DNA from: Eutreptiella sp. 'Long Island Sound 2002'
Taxonomy: Eukaryota; Protista; Euglenida
Assembly: GCA_964036045.1 (NCBI GenBank)
Contig: OZ038378.1
Span: 145,266,001-145,330,000 of the forward strand
Direction of reading: 5' to 3'
DNA: 64,000 nucleotides
The notes under the pieces are model-generated. The model was not told the DNA's origin. It saw only the letters and a list, made by a program, of their open reading frames with translations, and did no database searches. Shown here piece after piece: positions 34,401 through 48,004 of this stretch. A program made the position numbers and the translations under genes. Position 1 is the first letter of the stretch; each line of letters opens with the position of its first letter.

Positions 34401-37400
34401 AAGTTGGACAAGGGCATGGTCAGTAGCCCCTTAGAAAGTCGCCACAGTACATTTAGGGGTTTAATGTCGCGGTGCACAATGTCCATAACTGTGGAGGTGT
34501 CGGAGTGCACTGCCAACTAGCCTCGGAATCATTTTTTTCCTCTGAATGTCTTGACGGGCAGGGGATGCATACGTTCCACCGAGTAAAATCAGGGAAAGTG
34601 GCCAAAAAGCCTTGAACCGTCCGCGCACTGTGCGTGCACCGTGCACCAACGTCCCCCTGCTGTGCAGTTTGTGTGGTGAGCTTCAAGGGCAAGTGGTCAA
34701 AACGCACGCTGCCCCGACCTCGAGGCCAGGCGTGTGTGTGGCGTGTGTGTGACGGGTGATGCCTGATGCTTTGTGCTGGTCCGTCGCTGGAGTGCTGCGG
34801 TTGCCACAAATGCCCAGGCCCTGAGGGTACGTTTGCCCGGCGCGCCCGGCATCCAAATGAATGTTCCGGCCATCTATCACAATGCTTTACCCCAAACATC
34901 ACTCCCTCCTGTAGCCCAGGAACCCTAAGCACAAGCACATTGTATGACTGTTGGCATGACTGTTGCCATTTTTTCGCCCAACAAATGGGACGGTCACACG
35001 CACCCGACCCTTGTAGGCCCCGTCATGGCCACCCACCTCAAAATCAAAGAATCCCCTTCTTGTGCGTGACGGACCACTCAAGTGGCCACACTGAAGAGTG
35101 GGAGTCCTTATCCCCAACTCGAGGGGCCACACCAAAGCGTGGGAAAACTTTGCCCGGCGTGCCCGGCTAACATACTCTTCCTGGTCTGGACCTGGAGATC
35201 GGTCTGCCTTGATTCTTTTGTTGAATGTTGGGCCAGACCTGAGGGTCCAGACATTGCCCCATGAGGCCTGGTGCTCGACCGAGTACATGTGAGAATTTCA
35301 AACATCGCTGGCCATCAGCCCACCACCCGGGTCTTCTATCTCCCAAGGCCGCGTGTCCCTTGCTGCCCTCGAGTGCTGCCCTTGAGTGCCTTGACTTTGT
35401 CCCACAAGTTGCTCGTTTGTCTTCCCTGGTACCCCCCCCCTTCCATTTGTATAAGCCACGCCCCTGTCCAAGCTACAGTAGGCGTAGGGACCGTAATAAT
35501 TTTGTGCGTAATTTAATTACGTACGAAATGTAGTGCGGCCACATAAGACGTGGGTTTGTCGTCACATTTGCCAATTTCAGCGCAGGTGGCCCCCTGGTGC
35601 ACCAGGACTTTTTTCTTTTTAGTCTGATGCATCCCATAGGTCCTGAATTGCCAAGTTCAGCACATGTGGCGTGCGCACGTGTGCCGGCAGTTGTATGTGT
35701 TGTGCGCAAGCCACGCCCTTGTCCAAGCTACAGTGGGCGCAGGGACCATAATAATTGTGTACATTGGTGTACCTTATACAAAGGGGGGGGGGGTACATTG
35801 GTGTACCTTATACAAATGGGGGGGGGGTACATTGGTGTACCTTATACAAAGGGGGGGGGGGTACATTGGTGTACTTTATACAAATGGGGGGGGGTACATT
35901 GGTGTACCTTATACAAAGGGGGGGGGTACATTGGTGTACCTTATACAAAGGGGGGGGGGTACATTGGTGTACCTTATACAAAGGGGGGGGGGTACTCTAC
36001 GGCACCCCGCATCCAATTCCCTATTCCCCTTCCCTCACGGTGCGCCAGTCCCCTTCCCCTTCCCACACACACTCCGCCAGTGCGCCAGCGGCTTCAAAGG
36101 CAGCCCCACCGCCGACTGCAAGGCCAACGGCCAGTGGGAGTACAAGGGCTCGTGCGCCAAGATCGACTGCGGGGCCCCAGGCCAAGCGCATGTGGACTAC
36201 ACCGGCTGCGGCACCGGGCCCGGCAAGTGCCAGGGCAAGTGCGAGGCCGGCTACACCGGCACCCCCGCCGCGACGTGCGGCGCGGCCGGCTGGGCCTACA
36301 CCGGGGCCTGCCAGCCCAACCTGTGCGCCCCCAGCCAAGTCCCGCACTCGGACTTCTCCGCGGAGGGGTCCCTCCACGGCACCACGGGGAAGAGCTTTAC
36401 CGTGACCTGCAACCAGGTGCCCGTTTGTTGATTGTCGGGAATGGTGGTCTCCGGGTGGGGGTTCTCACTGGACGCAAACGAAGCATGTGTCTATGTTCCA
36501 ACAACGAAAAGCTCTTCTATTGCCGTACTCTACGACTATTTCCATGCTCTGATTGAAGATCCGCCGCAAAAACTTTGAGGCAACGTAGGCCCCCTCGCAC
36601 TCCCAACCCCGCGAAGGGAAAAGTGTCCATGGAACTGTATTGATGCGTTCAAGCTCCAAAGACAAGACCCGGCGTGTTGATGAACAGATGAACAAGCAAT
36701 GAATGGAATGGTGCATCGTCTCATTTGTTCAGGCGGACGGAAGGGATTGTCTGCAATGGAGAGTGTTGCGTGCATGCAAATGTGGTTTGCAGTGTCATTC
36801 CTTTTACCGGTGCCGGCCATGTCATTGCCGTCGCATCCAGGGCTACCACGGCAGCGGCGTGGCCGTCTGCCAGGCCGACGGCACCTTCAGCACCCCGAAG
36901 TGCGAGGCCACGGAGTGCGAGCCCTCGCAGGTCCCCAACTCCGACAAGGAGGCGGCGGGCTCCATCAAGGGCAAGGCCGGGGAGAAGGTGTACGTCACCT
37001 GCAAGCCCCAGTTCGCGGGCCGCGGGTGGACGGTGTGCCAGCCAAACGGGAAGTTCAGCCCCGTGATGTGCTCGGAGGTGCCCCACTACAGCCCCGTTGG
37101 GTGCTACAAGGACTCCACCGACCGCACGATGGAGCTGTACAGCAAGAACATGGTGTTCCAGTCCGTGGACGAGTGCGCCGCGGTGGCCTACGGCGCCGGG
37201 TACCGTAACTTCGCCCTGCAGGCCCCTGGGCAGTGCTTCGTCAGCAACAGCCAGGTACCCCCTCCCCAGGGATGATTAGAAGGGAAGGGGGCCTTAGAGG
37301 CGGCCCCAGAGGCGGTTAGACGGGCGGTTGGAGGAGGTTGTCAAAGCGGTTGGGGGCGGTTACTGTCAGTTACAAATGCCATTGAGGCTGGCACTTGGCG

Positions 37401-40400
37401 TCAGCGGGACAGTGGCTGGGCGTGGGCTGGGCGCCCTGGAGGGGGGGGGGGGGTACCTGCCCCCCTTCCAACACATCCCTGCCCCTCGCCCCCTTGTCTA
37501 AGCTACGGCCTGTAGTGGAGCTGTGTTGGCGCCTTTGGCGCCGTTTGCTAATCAAGAGGACTCTCTGACAGCCTAAAGGCCAGCCGACCGGTCCCGTGCC
37601 GGAACAGCGCAATGAACACTGAGGCTCGTGACGGCGCTCCGCCGAATGACCGGGCGATATGTGGGCGATCTGTGGCGGCGCCTCTGGTGCCGTATTCATG
37701 ACACCGAACTGTGTGAGATCCCGGAGTGAGTCCGGAGGGTGACGCCCATCGTCGGTCCATGGCCAAGCTACGGCCTCGTCCAAGCCACAGCGGGCGTAGG
37801 GACCGTATTCATTCCGTACCCAATTGAATTCCGTACAAAATGTAGTGCAACCGCATAAGACATGGCTTTGGTGACAAATCTGCCGATTACCTGGGGTCAT
37901 GGACACGTTTGTTGTGGGTGTTTGCCCACTTGAACCCACGGAGCTCTGAGTTTGGGGATATTTGTGCATTATCTTCCCCTTTTCTTGGCGGTGGCGTGTG
38001 TGTCGGTAGTCGTATGTGTCGCGTGCAAGCCAAGGCCTTGTCCAAGCTCCAGTAGGCCAATTCTGATGTAGTATCCCGCTGTGAAGCGTTGGGGAGCCCC
38101 TAGATGGCATGGGTTATGTAGCCACGAGTCCCACATTTGGGCCCTTTGTGATTTGCTCCCCCACCCTGAAGCGTTGGGCACTCCCCACACGCCAGGTGTT
38201 ATGTAGCCACGAGGCTCACAACGTGGCCTAGGGACCGTATTGATTTGGGACTGTTGCGTCGCTTGGACAAAGGGGGGGGGGTATATGTGGAGGCGGGGCC
38301 GCCCCGGTCCCCTCCGGAGGTACGGGCACTCGGTCTCCGCCCGGTGCAGGACGGCGGTGCTCGCCACGCGTTTGGCTCCGCTGCACAAATGAGCTAAGGG
38401 TTCACTCAGAGACCGGGCGGTTTCGCCGGATTTGAGTGCCTCGGTCCACGCGGCGCAAATCAGAGGCCGGGCGCGTGCCTCGTTTGCGCCAACCCCCCCC
38501 CCCCCTTCCCCCTGCACCTCGTCAATCCCCCCCCCCTTCCCCCTGCACCTCGTCAATCCCCCCCCCTTCCCCCTGCACCTCGTCAATCCCCCCCCCTTCC
38601 CCCTGCACCTCGTCAATCCCCCCCCCTTCCCCCTGCACCTCGTCAATCCCCCCCCCCCCCCCCGCGCCTCGTCAGAGCCAAACCCCCCAAAATGTGCAGA
38701 CCCCCCCCCCCGCCCGTCACCTCAGCTCCGGGCAGTCGTCTGTGGTCCGAGTCCCCTTTGCACAGCAGCCACAGCCCCCGGGCGATCAAAGTCATGAGGG
38801 GGGGCTCAAGGCACTGCGGCGCATTCGAAAATGCTCCGGAACTGAAGGTCTTCTTCGGAAAGAGGCCCGTCTGTAAATGCGGTTTGGAACACCCTCGTTT
38901 GATTGCAGGCCCCGGTCCCTCGTAGGCCCGGTGGCGGGGGCTTCTGTCAGGGGCCTACGGCAGGGCTGTCCTTAGGAAGCCCGATTTCTTTTGTATTAAG
39001 GACGGCCCCCAGGGACCGCCAACCACCAACTGCCAACCGCCGACTGCCAACCGCCGACTGCCAACCGCCAACCGCCAACCGCCAACCGCCGACTGCCATC
39101 CGCCAACCGCCAACCGCCAACCGCCGACTGCCATCCGCCAACCGCCGACCGCCAACCGCCAACCGCCGACTGCCAACCGCCAACCGCCGACCGCCGAAGT
39201 TGAGAAGCAGAGAGCGTCCCCGTGAACGTTCGTGTCTGTGGCCGTTACAAAAGGTCTCCCCCCCGCCCCCCCCCCCCCCCTGAAGCACAGCCCCGGCCTA
39301 TGCCCAGGGGCGGCCCCGATGGCATCGGGCCGAGCCCCGCGGCCGCGCCCCTCGTGCCCCAGGAGTACCTCCGGGACGGGGAGTCCCCGAAGTGCGGCGA
39401 CAACAAGGACGACCGCGGGCAGAACATGGGCGGGGCCTGGGCCAGCGCGGTGTACACCTTCGGGATGCCGGGCTACCAGGACGCCTCCGCGGACGCTCAC
39501 CTCGGCTACTACGCCGACGACAACAAGTACCCCACGATCCAAGAGGCCTCCGACGCGTGCACGGCCCTGGGCGCGCGGTGCGCGGGCGTCGTGCAGGAGG
39601 CCGACGTGTTCACCGTCCGCGCCGGCACGACGCCCGCGCCCTCCGCCACGGGGCAGACGTCGTGGCTGAAGGGGTGCGGCGACGGGTACTGCGAGACGCG
39701 GGCCAACGCGGTGCTGCCGGGCTTCGCGGGGGGGGACCACACGGCGTACCCCACGAAGGCGGCGGCGGAGGAGGCCTGCGACAAGGCCGGCACTTTGTGC
39801 GGGGGGGTGACGCGGGAGAAGCGCGTCTACACCTGCCGCCAGGCGGAGCTCCCCAAGCGCGAGGGCGAGATCACGTTTCTGAAGAAGTGATGCCGGTGAC
39901 GAGCGAGCGGCCGGAAGCGGCGCCGGCCCTGTGGACCCGCGGGCGGGGCCGTTGGCCCCGGCCGGGCCTTTAAGAAGATTGGGGGGGGGGTACAGGACGC
40001 GGTGCGCGCGCGGCGCGTGCGTTCGGGCGACGGCGCAGACACACGCGCCCGTTCGGCAGCGAAGGGCATGCGTTCCCAAAGCCGTAAGGGGGATTGCCAT
40101 GGCACACACACTGCACTGTGCCCCCCTTGCAGTTGCACCCGCGTCTCCTTCGTGGCGTCCTGCAGGCACACACCCGCTCAAATGGTGATACAGTGCCTGC
40201 CACCGTCATCTCCGCCTCCGCGTGTGGGCAGTAGGTGAGCGTCGAGTAGCCAAGGAGCCAAGGAATGGCCCTTTCCCCATATTTTGTCCCAACACGGCAC
40301 GCGGTGCGCGCGCGCTGCACGCGGGGTGCGCGCGCGCTGCAAGTCATCCCCCTGAGATCTTGGGAGTATACTATTAGACCTGCGAGGGCGGCGGAGTCCC

Positions 40401-43400
40401 GGCCATCGTCCGAGTCTCTGTCTCTGGCTCGTGGCCTAACCGCCGCCTGGCCGGGCGGGTGCGGGGGGCAGATTCGGAGGGGACGGGGCATTGAGTGGGC
40501 TGTCCGTGGGGGTGGCAGTGGGGGTGCTGCGGGCGCTGTATGATATATCCGCGTGGCGTCCCTTTTGTCGGCGCCCGCGTCTTTATAATGGGCCCGCCCC
40601 CCGCCGGGCCCCCGTCTTCGTTGTTATAAATCTCGGTTCCAGTGCCCATGTGTATGGCCGCAGCCCCCCACCCCCACCCACCCACCCCCGCCCCCTTCCC
40701 CCCCTCCGACTGCCCCGTCTGCTACATCGAGGCCTGGGCCCACCCGACGCATCGCTATGACATCACCGGCCGGTCCCGCCGCCGTCCCATGTGACGCGCG
40801 CGCGCGCGATGCGATCCCCCCGGGCCCTGCGCCGCGCACCCAGCACCGCACCCCCCCCCCCCCCCCGCGCCGGGAGGGCGTGCAGGTGCCGACCCCCCCC
40901 GTAGACGCAGCGCGTGTCCCCGACGCGGGCCTGTGCCGCCCGTTCGACGGTTTCTCCTTCTGCGTGTCACGCACACGCGCTGCACACGCGGCCGGGCCGC
41001 ACGAGGGCCCGGCGGTTTGACTGCGATGTTGTCCGGTGCTTTCGCTGCGGGTGCTTCGCGTGGGAGACCGGGGGTGGTCCGGTGATGTGGCGCATGAGGG
41101 GGGGGGCGCACGGGCGTGGGCGATGCAGTGGTCCGGTGGCTGAGGCAGGGCCCACGGGGGGCGGGGCCTTGCGGCCCAGGGGACGCCGATCAGCCCCTTT
41201 CTGCCCCCGCCTTCCGTCTGCCGGGAAGCGTCGGGCGCAGCGCGGGGCCTCAAAACACGGCGGCGGCGATTTCCAAGAGTGAAACCGGGCGGACGGAATG
41301 CGAGCCAGGCCCCTCCTCCCCTGTCCTCCCGGTGTCCGTCTCTGGGGGCGCGTGGCTTTGCGGCGGGGGGCTCAGAGTTTTGCTGCGGAACGCAGCATCT
41401 CCGGGGGGGGGGGGCGGGGGCTGACACCCCCCCCCCCCGGAACCGGATGTCATACAGTACAGGGGCGGGGGAGGGGGATTTTCGTGGCACTTTAATTTCG
41501 CGTGGCAAATCACCTCGAAGAGAGGTTGTTAGATCAAGCGCAGGCGCGGGCGTCATATACCCCCCTTTTTTGGGGTCATTCGCGTAGCATACCCCAAGGC
41601 ATGATATTGGATGTCCAACCCCTTGTAAAATCATTATTTTGCCCAATAAGACCATCCCCCAATGGATTTTTTGATTCTGAGGCCTCTATCCCCTAAAACT
41701 GGATATCACTTTTTGGGGGGGGGGGGGGGGGGTGGGGGGGGGGGGTGTTGGGGGGGGGGTCAAAAGTTTTTGCTGAAAAGGCTCCAAGCAGTGGGGAAGC
41801 ATATCGTTAACACACCACTGCTGGTCGAATGGTACCGCACCAGTCCGCAGGAATCCCCGCCGGCGGTTCGAATCCTGGTCGGCCCACTCTTGGCGGCGGC
41901 GGCGGCGGCGGCATATTCACCGGCCCGGGGTTTGAACCGCCGACCCAAAAGTCCGGAGCCCGTTGCATTACCATTCGGCCACTGTTCAACCAGGACAAAA
42001 GAGTCCCCACTGCTTGGGACCGTGTCTGCCACTGACAAAAACCCAAACTGTGTCTTTCTGTCTGACTGACTGCTGGCCTGGCTCAGGGACTGCTTGGCTG
42101 ACTGTCAACCTCTCTTCGAGGTGCACTGCCGAAGGCAATAGAATTTTCGCGTTTCAAATTGACCGTGGAATTTCCCACGCGAAATTCCGGGTTCTCCGCA
42201 AATTTCTCGCACACCAGCGGTACGCACTGTGGACTCTGGCGGGGGGGTGATACCCTCAACCGGGGGGCCCGCGGAATTTCCCACAGCGAACTTTACCACC
42301 GCGAATTTGACTTGGCGCGAAATTTGCCCCCCTCCCGAAGGGGGAAGCAATGAACTTTGACAACAGGAAATGTTGATTTGGGCTGTTTTTGGTACACAAA
42401 CTTTGGGACTTTTGGTTCCAGACCCCCCCCCCCCCCCCTCATGGAGAAGGGAGGAACACGAATGTACCTCCTGGGGCCAGATAGGGTCTACCTGGTGCAG
42501 GTAGTGGCAGACCCTCGGAGTAGTCAAACAGGACAAGTCATCCGGGGGCTCCGTTGACACAACCAAAACACGTTGGGGCCCACAGAGGGTCAGAATGAGC
42601 AGTGCCGAGGGGCCAATAGGCGCCGCCAAAGGCAAACAATCAGATACCGAGGCCTTGTGCCAGACTTGGGGGGGGGGGGGGCTTTCAGATTTAATAACGT
42701 CGCAGGCGTTGCAGAGGGGTCATGTGGGTCATGTGCTGTAGGGCAGTCTTGGCCGATCAGTGCGCCGGGGGTCCTGAGGGAGCACTGGGCCAGGGCACCG
42801 GTCCCCACGATTTGGAGGGTCTGAGCGAACTTCCTCCGATGGGCCTGACCTTGGGCCCGGGGTTCAGGCAGGTCCAGGGGTACAGTGGACGGGGGGCGGG
42901 CAAACCCTCGACACCCCCCAACTGTGAGGCGTGGGTGTGAATTCCAGTTCCCGGTCACACTCCACGGGGGCGAGAGCAACACCGGCCCGGCATACGTGGG
43001 AATTGCCGCATGCCCCCCGCCGGTGGGGCCTGTACTCTGTGGAGCAGGGATGCATTAGAAGTGAAGGGACCTCACAGGCGGCCGCAGAAGCAGTCGGACA
43101 GGCGGTTGGAGGAGGTTGCCAAAGCGGTTGGGGTAATTACTGTCGGTTACAAATGCCATGGAAGCCGGGTACCTCCCCACTTCCAGTGCATCTCTGCTGT
43201 GGAGTCACTGACACAAACCCCCCGCTCCCACACAGAGGGCGGCGAGTCCGAGGGGTGGGATGGGGGGTTGAAGCGCTGAACACGCCTTCTTCTGTCCAAC
43301 GGAAGTGTCCCCTCAAAAGGTTTTGATCGGGGACCTTCGGCACCCGAACCGGAAACCCACGTTTGGGGGGGGCTGGCGGGGGGGGTGGACGCGTCAATCC

Positions 43401-44924
43401 GGGCCCCGATACACGCGCAAGGTTCTCTTCGGTGGGGCCTCCCCAAAGAATGGCAGGGGCACCCAGGCCCGATGGGCAGGTACTCTTGCAGGCCCATGGG
43501 AGTGCAGCCACCAAAACTGCACCCACGGACAGTTTAGTCGGCTCCATCACAAAACAGGCCACGCCCACCAACAGGTGAGGAATGTCCACCGAAAGTCGGG
43601 GTGCAGCTGCAAATGGTTGGGCAATTCCTGTCGGGCGTGAGGGCGCAGCTGCAAGCAATCTGGGACATCGCCCTTCCTGAATGATCCCCGATGACCCTCG
43701 GCAGCATTGGACGTGGCGTGTGTCCTCGTTTGGTGGCACCGCGAGTGCGTACCCGCCTGTGGGGATCAGGCCCACCTCGTGCGGTCCCCGGTCCTGCGGT
43801 GGGAATGGTGGGGGGGCATGGGGTCTTCTGTCAAAATTCTGGTTTCCGCGCTCACACCGGGCCTAAAGTGCCAAAGTATGACAGGAAATACCTTTTCTGT
43901 CTGAGAACCTGATCTCAGCACCAAAATCTGACCAAAAATGCGATTTCTGTCGAAACGTGACCCATGTCCTGAGACATAGCCCTCTGGCTCTGCAATGGTC
44001 ACAACCCCCAGAAATGGACAAAAGAATCCAATTTCTGCCAAAAAATGGGCCCAAAGTATCCAAAATCGTGCCATCGGGGGAGGGGGACCCAGATGACGCG
44101 AAAAAGGCCACCAGAAGCAGGTTGACCCGACCTGAATCCATCCGGCGGTATCTGTGCGAAGCATCAAAGTGGTGTGACCTGACACTGGCCGACGGTAGGA
44201 AGATATGTACCGGCACTAATTTTTTGCATGGATCCAGCGACGACTTTTGACCTGAGCCCCATGGCACCATCTGCGATTCCCCGTTGGTGGATGATCGAGC
44301 ATGCCCCAAAGCGAGGCACATGAAGAAGATGCTGAAAGAACGTCCAGGCATCCTGTGCACAAAGGCAGGGGCTGTCACGGGGTCCCGGTGTCCGGCCAAT
44401 GCAATCGATTTCAGCTCTGAGTCAGATCTATGTACCTTTTTTTTTTGCAATCCAGGACAGTGACTGTTAAGTCCTTGGTCCATGAGATACATCAAGGCAG
44501 TATGTGCCAAACTGGCAGGAACAGACACGGTAGATGGACATGGGCAGATGCCTATTGCCCCCATTTGCCCTGGGGACTTCGGGGAAACCAACAATAAATA
44601 GCATCATTTGGGGTATCCTTGTGGATCCGTGAGCACGGAAAATCCCCTACCCCTGCCATCGTGGGTGCGTGTGGATGGGGAGACGGGGGCACGAGCTCAA
44701 CACACACAACGATCCGTACTGATGGCTGACGGGCACAACCAGGGGTGGGGCACATGGAATTTCAGGGATTCTGGTATTTCCGTGGCAGGAAAATCACGGA
44801 AAATCACGGAAATCGGCCAACGTTGAAAATCACGGAAATCACGGAAAATCACGGAAAATCACGGAAACGGAAATTGAAGTTCCTATTGTTTGCTATTGTT
44901 GTTCCTGGCCGCCACGGAAAATCA
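28473..44924 (+). repeat. Tandem segmental duplication, unit 2 (~16.45 kb)
   Basis: Same ORFs and repeats in the same order; differs by scattered SNPs, homopolymer lengths and a minisatellite expansion. Confidence 0.97.
33578..39890 (+). CDS. Copy 2 of the Sushi/WSC/PAN gene
   Basis: Exons 33578-34033, 36081-36416, 36841-37254, 39363-39890; same splice sites and open frames; at least 3 amino-acid changes (S>G, A>P, N>D) and one synonymous change. Confidence 0.88.
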
Positions 44925-45364
44925 CGGAAAATCACGGAAACGGAAATGAAAGTTTGTGTTGTTTGCTATTGTTGTTCCTGGTTGCTAAGTGTTAGAGTGC
45001 GGTCATTTAGTCTGGCTGGACTGGTTGATGTTAAAAATAGGCAGCCTATGGGCAAGGACCTGCGTGAGGCCTGCGTCACCATGTTTTGCAATGGTGATGT
45101 TCAAGAACAGTTCGCAAAATGGCAGTAGACCGCCCCCAAATGTCTTGTGCTTTGTTTCGTCTCTTGTGGGTGTCCAGGTGAGGCAAAGCGGATGCATAAG
45201 GAACATTTTTGTACCACGGAAACACCACAGAAAATCACGGAAATATCATGGAAATACCATGGAAAATCACGGAAAATCACGGAAAATAACGGAAAATCAC
45301 GGAAAATCACGGAAAATCACGGAAGGGGTTTTTCAGGCCAATCACGGAAATAGTAGAATCCCTG
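44763..45364. mobile_element. MITE with internal (CACGGAAAAT)n arrays; truncated copy at 28314-28475
   Basis: TIRs CAGGGATTCTGGTATTTCCGTG / CACGGAAATAGTAGAATCCCTG; ATGGAAT(C) flanks both sides. Confidence 0.8.
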
Positions 45365-46869
45365 ATGGAATCCCGCATCGGCTGGCAGGGCCAACCCCGC
45401 AAAGATGGGGTACCGTAACAGCCCTTATCTTCGGGGCACTCATCAAATTGCGGAAAGATGATTCAAAGTCCTCTGGAAGGCAGTGACACGGCTGCTCTGA
45501 CTCTCTGGGCACAATGCAATGAGGCACTAGCACGTCCCGAGCATGCGGACACCATCCATCGCACACACACGGATGGTAGGGTGGTCTCCGCATGCCCCTG
45601 CAGGGGCCTACATGGGTGGCAGGCGGGCTAGGGTCTGATAAAGGGGCGGATGGAGGGCGGCGAGGCAGGACGGCAAAAACAGTCAAACGACCCCCGCAAC
45701 AACCAGCACAACCCCATACGCCAACTACGCCGCTAACGCGCGCACGGCACATCCTGCGACATCCAGCACAGCCCTGGCAAACCAACCACCGGGCTTTGCA
45801 GACGCGGAAACACACCGGCAGGAGCACCGGCCGCAGCGGCCGACAGAACGCAGCGACCCGACGCAACATGCGAAGGGAAGAACGGGTGACTGTCCCGGGC
45901 CCCGTAAAGAAACAACAACCCGACGGAATGTCACACGGGGCTGGCAAGGCCCCGGAGCGCCGTTCCCTAGGCTGGCCAGGGCTCAAGGTGAGACTAATCT
46001 GACTGGATCAACCCACACCACCGCATGGAGCCCTCAGGCATACCCACTTGTGTGCTGGGGTATGGCTTTGCCTTGGGGGCGATGGCCCAACCAACGGGTG
46101 TGAGACATGGGGAAACCCTGTGAGTGTGCCTGCGTTTGATCAGCCACAATCTTAATTACAGGATGACAGGATTACAGAACTACATGCAGCAGACCACCTT
46201 TTCCTTCCATTTTGCACCAACACTGTCGTATGTGTATGTACGTCAGGAATTTTCTGACAGAACCAGGGGGTGCCGAGGAGGGTGGAGGGTGACCCTCCGC
46301 CTTACCTTGTTCGGATTGAAGCACTAGCTTGGTTGGTGGCGACATCCTTGCTGGGCATGATGGATCACGTACCTGCCTTGATAGGGACACGGTGCAGGAC
46401 TCATGGGCCATGTGTGTTGGCGCACAAGCACAGGTGGGCACCGAGTATCCTACCTGGACCAAGGTGGTGGGCGGTGCTGCAGCACCACCGAGCACCCAAA
46501 AACATTTTGGTGCTTCAAGCACCGACACCAAAACCAAAGGGGGGGAGGCGGTCATGCGATAGAGAGACACGGAACGTTTCTGGGCCTATTTGTGCTAATT
46601 TGTACCATTTTTGCACCTGCAGCACCCTTCAGATGACCGAAGAGGTCGGATCGCAAGGTCTGTGGAGTGAACAGGTGCACCAAGTTGTTGAACGAAGGGG
46701 GGGGGGGGTGGCAATAAAATAAAGTATCATTATCAAAGATAAACAAAATTTGGTTTTGGGCTGAGGGAAGGAGGAGGGCACCTTCGTGCTGTCACAGACA
46801 AAGTTTCATTTGTGTCGTGCACCACCCTCCCTCAGATCCCATGCCGGGACCCACAAGGAAAAAGCAAAT

Positions 46870-47230
46870 CACCTCAAAGAGGGTTGTTAGATCAAGCTCA
46901 GGTGCGGGTGCCGAATACCCCCCCCTTTGGGGGGTTATCCGCGCAGCATACCTCAAGGTGCGGTATCGGATGTCTAACCCCTTGTACAATCATCTTTCCG
47001 GGAGACAAAACGATTCCCCAATGAATTTTTTGATTTTGAGCTTGTAATTTGGTACCCCTTTTTAGGGAGGTTGGGGGGGGTGTCAAAAGTTTTGTGAGTA
47101 GAAGGATTGGAGCCCTGGTGTGCGAAATGGAATCCGGTTCCAGGACGACCAGCGGTGGATTGCCAGCCCGGGATTTGATCCAACGAATCGACGTGCCGAG
47201 CACTGAGCCGCTCAGCCACAGTGAGGGGAT
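46870..47230 (+). mobile_element. 5' part of a third Helitron2/Helentron-like family member with an internal minus-strand tRNA-derived head
   Basis: CACCTCAAAGAGGGTTGTTAGATCAAGC + shared core; A box at 47208-47218 and B box at 47171-47181 (minus); 3' end not found. Confidence 0.55.
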
Positions 47231-48004
47231 TCCTGCTGGTTGCGGGGGGGGGGGGGGGCGAAGGCATTTTTCTGTCGAAATGTCAGGACCATACGCCAAA
47301 TTTTGGGGCTAAAACATCGCTCTTTTGACCGAAGTCGGTTGTCTGTTGTGTTTCAGCATATTTCGGCAATTTTTTCGACAGCAGTTGGACCTTCTGCTCC
47401 CTCAAAACATTTGACCATTTCATGACGTGGCCTGCGCTGCTGTTAGCCTGGCATGCTTTCTTGTTTGAGAGGTTCCATTGCTCTGGTCCGGCTTTTCGCA
47501 TTGATACTTTCCCTGAAGCGACTCTGTGGGGGGTCCATGTCAGCAAATGTTATCAAATGTATCAAATGTATCAAATGTACATATGGTACCACCCACCAAC
47601 CCCCCTAAAACGACCCTTCATTTGTTTTGGGGTGGTGATAGTCTTATTACGGCCCCATCTTGGATGGGTGCGGAGCCCTGCCCCAATGTTTCGGGATCTG
47701 TCATACATAGACAACCTTTGCAGCTCATTTTCTTTTACCTTGGGTCCTGCTTCAGCCGGCGCATCGAACACATCACAGGGGTGGTCGAAATGATACTCAA
47801 AATAGTTGTCTAGTCTTCCCAGTTGTTGTTTCTGTTTTCACCGGATGCCATGAAGTCATCGATTCCGAGGCCGGGGGGGGGGGGGGGGGTTGTGGTGAGT
47901 GACATGCTGCACCCTCTTCCGGGATGCGTCTGGGCCAATGGTGGGTTACCTCCATTGGGGGTTACCTTCCACCCAAACAGGCCAACCAAAGCAGAGTGCA
48001 GGGG

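Noticed and set aside
35760-35993. CRISPR-like array
   Set aside because: Repeats are separated only by G homopolymers, with no unique spacers or cas genes, in a eukaryotic context.
45342-46722. Coding exons between the duplication and the GNFWW gene
   Set aside because: No codon bias or recognisable domains; probably decayed repeats.
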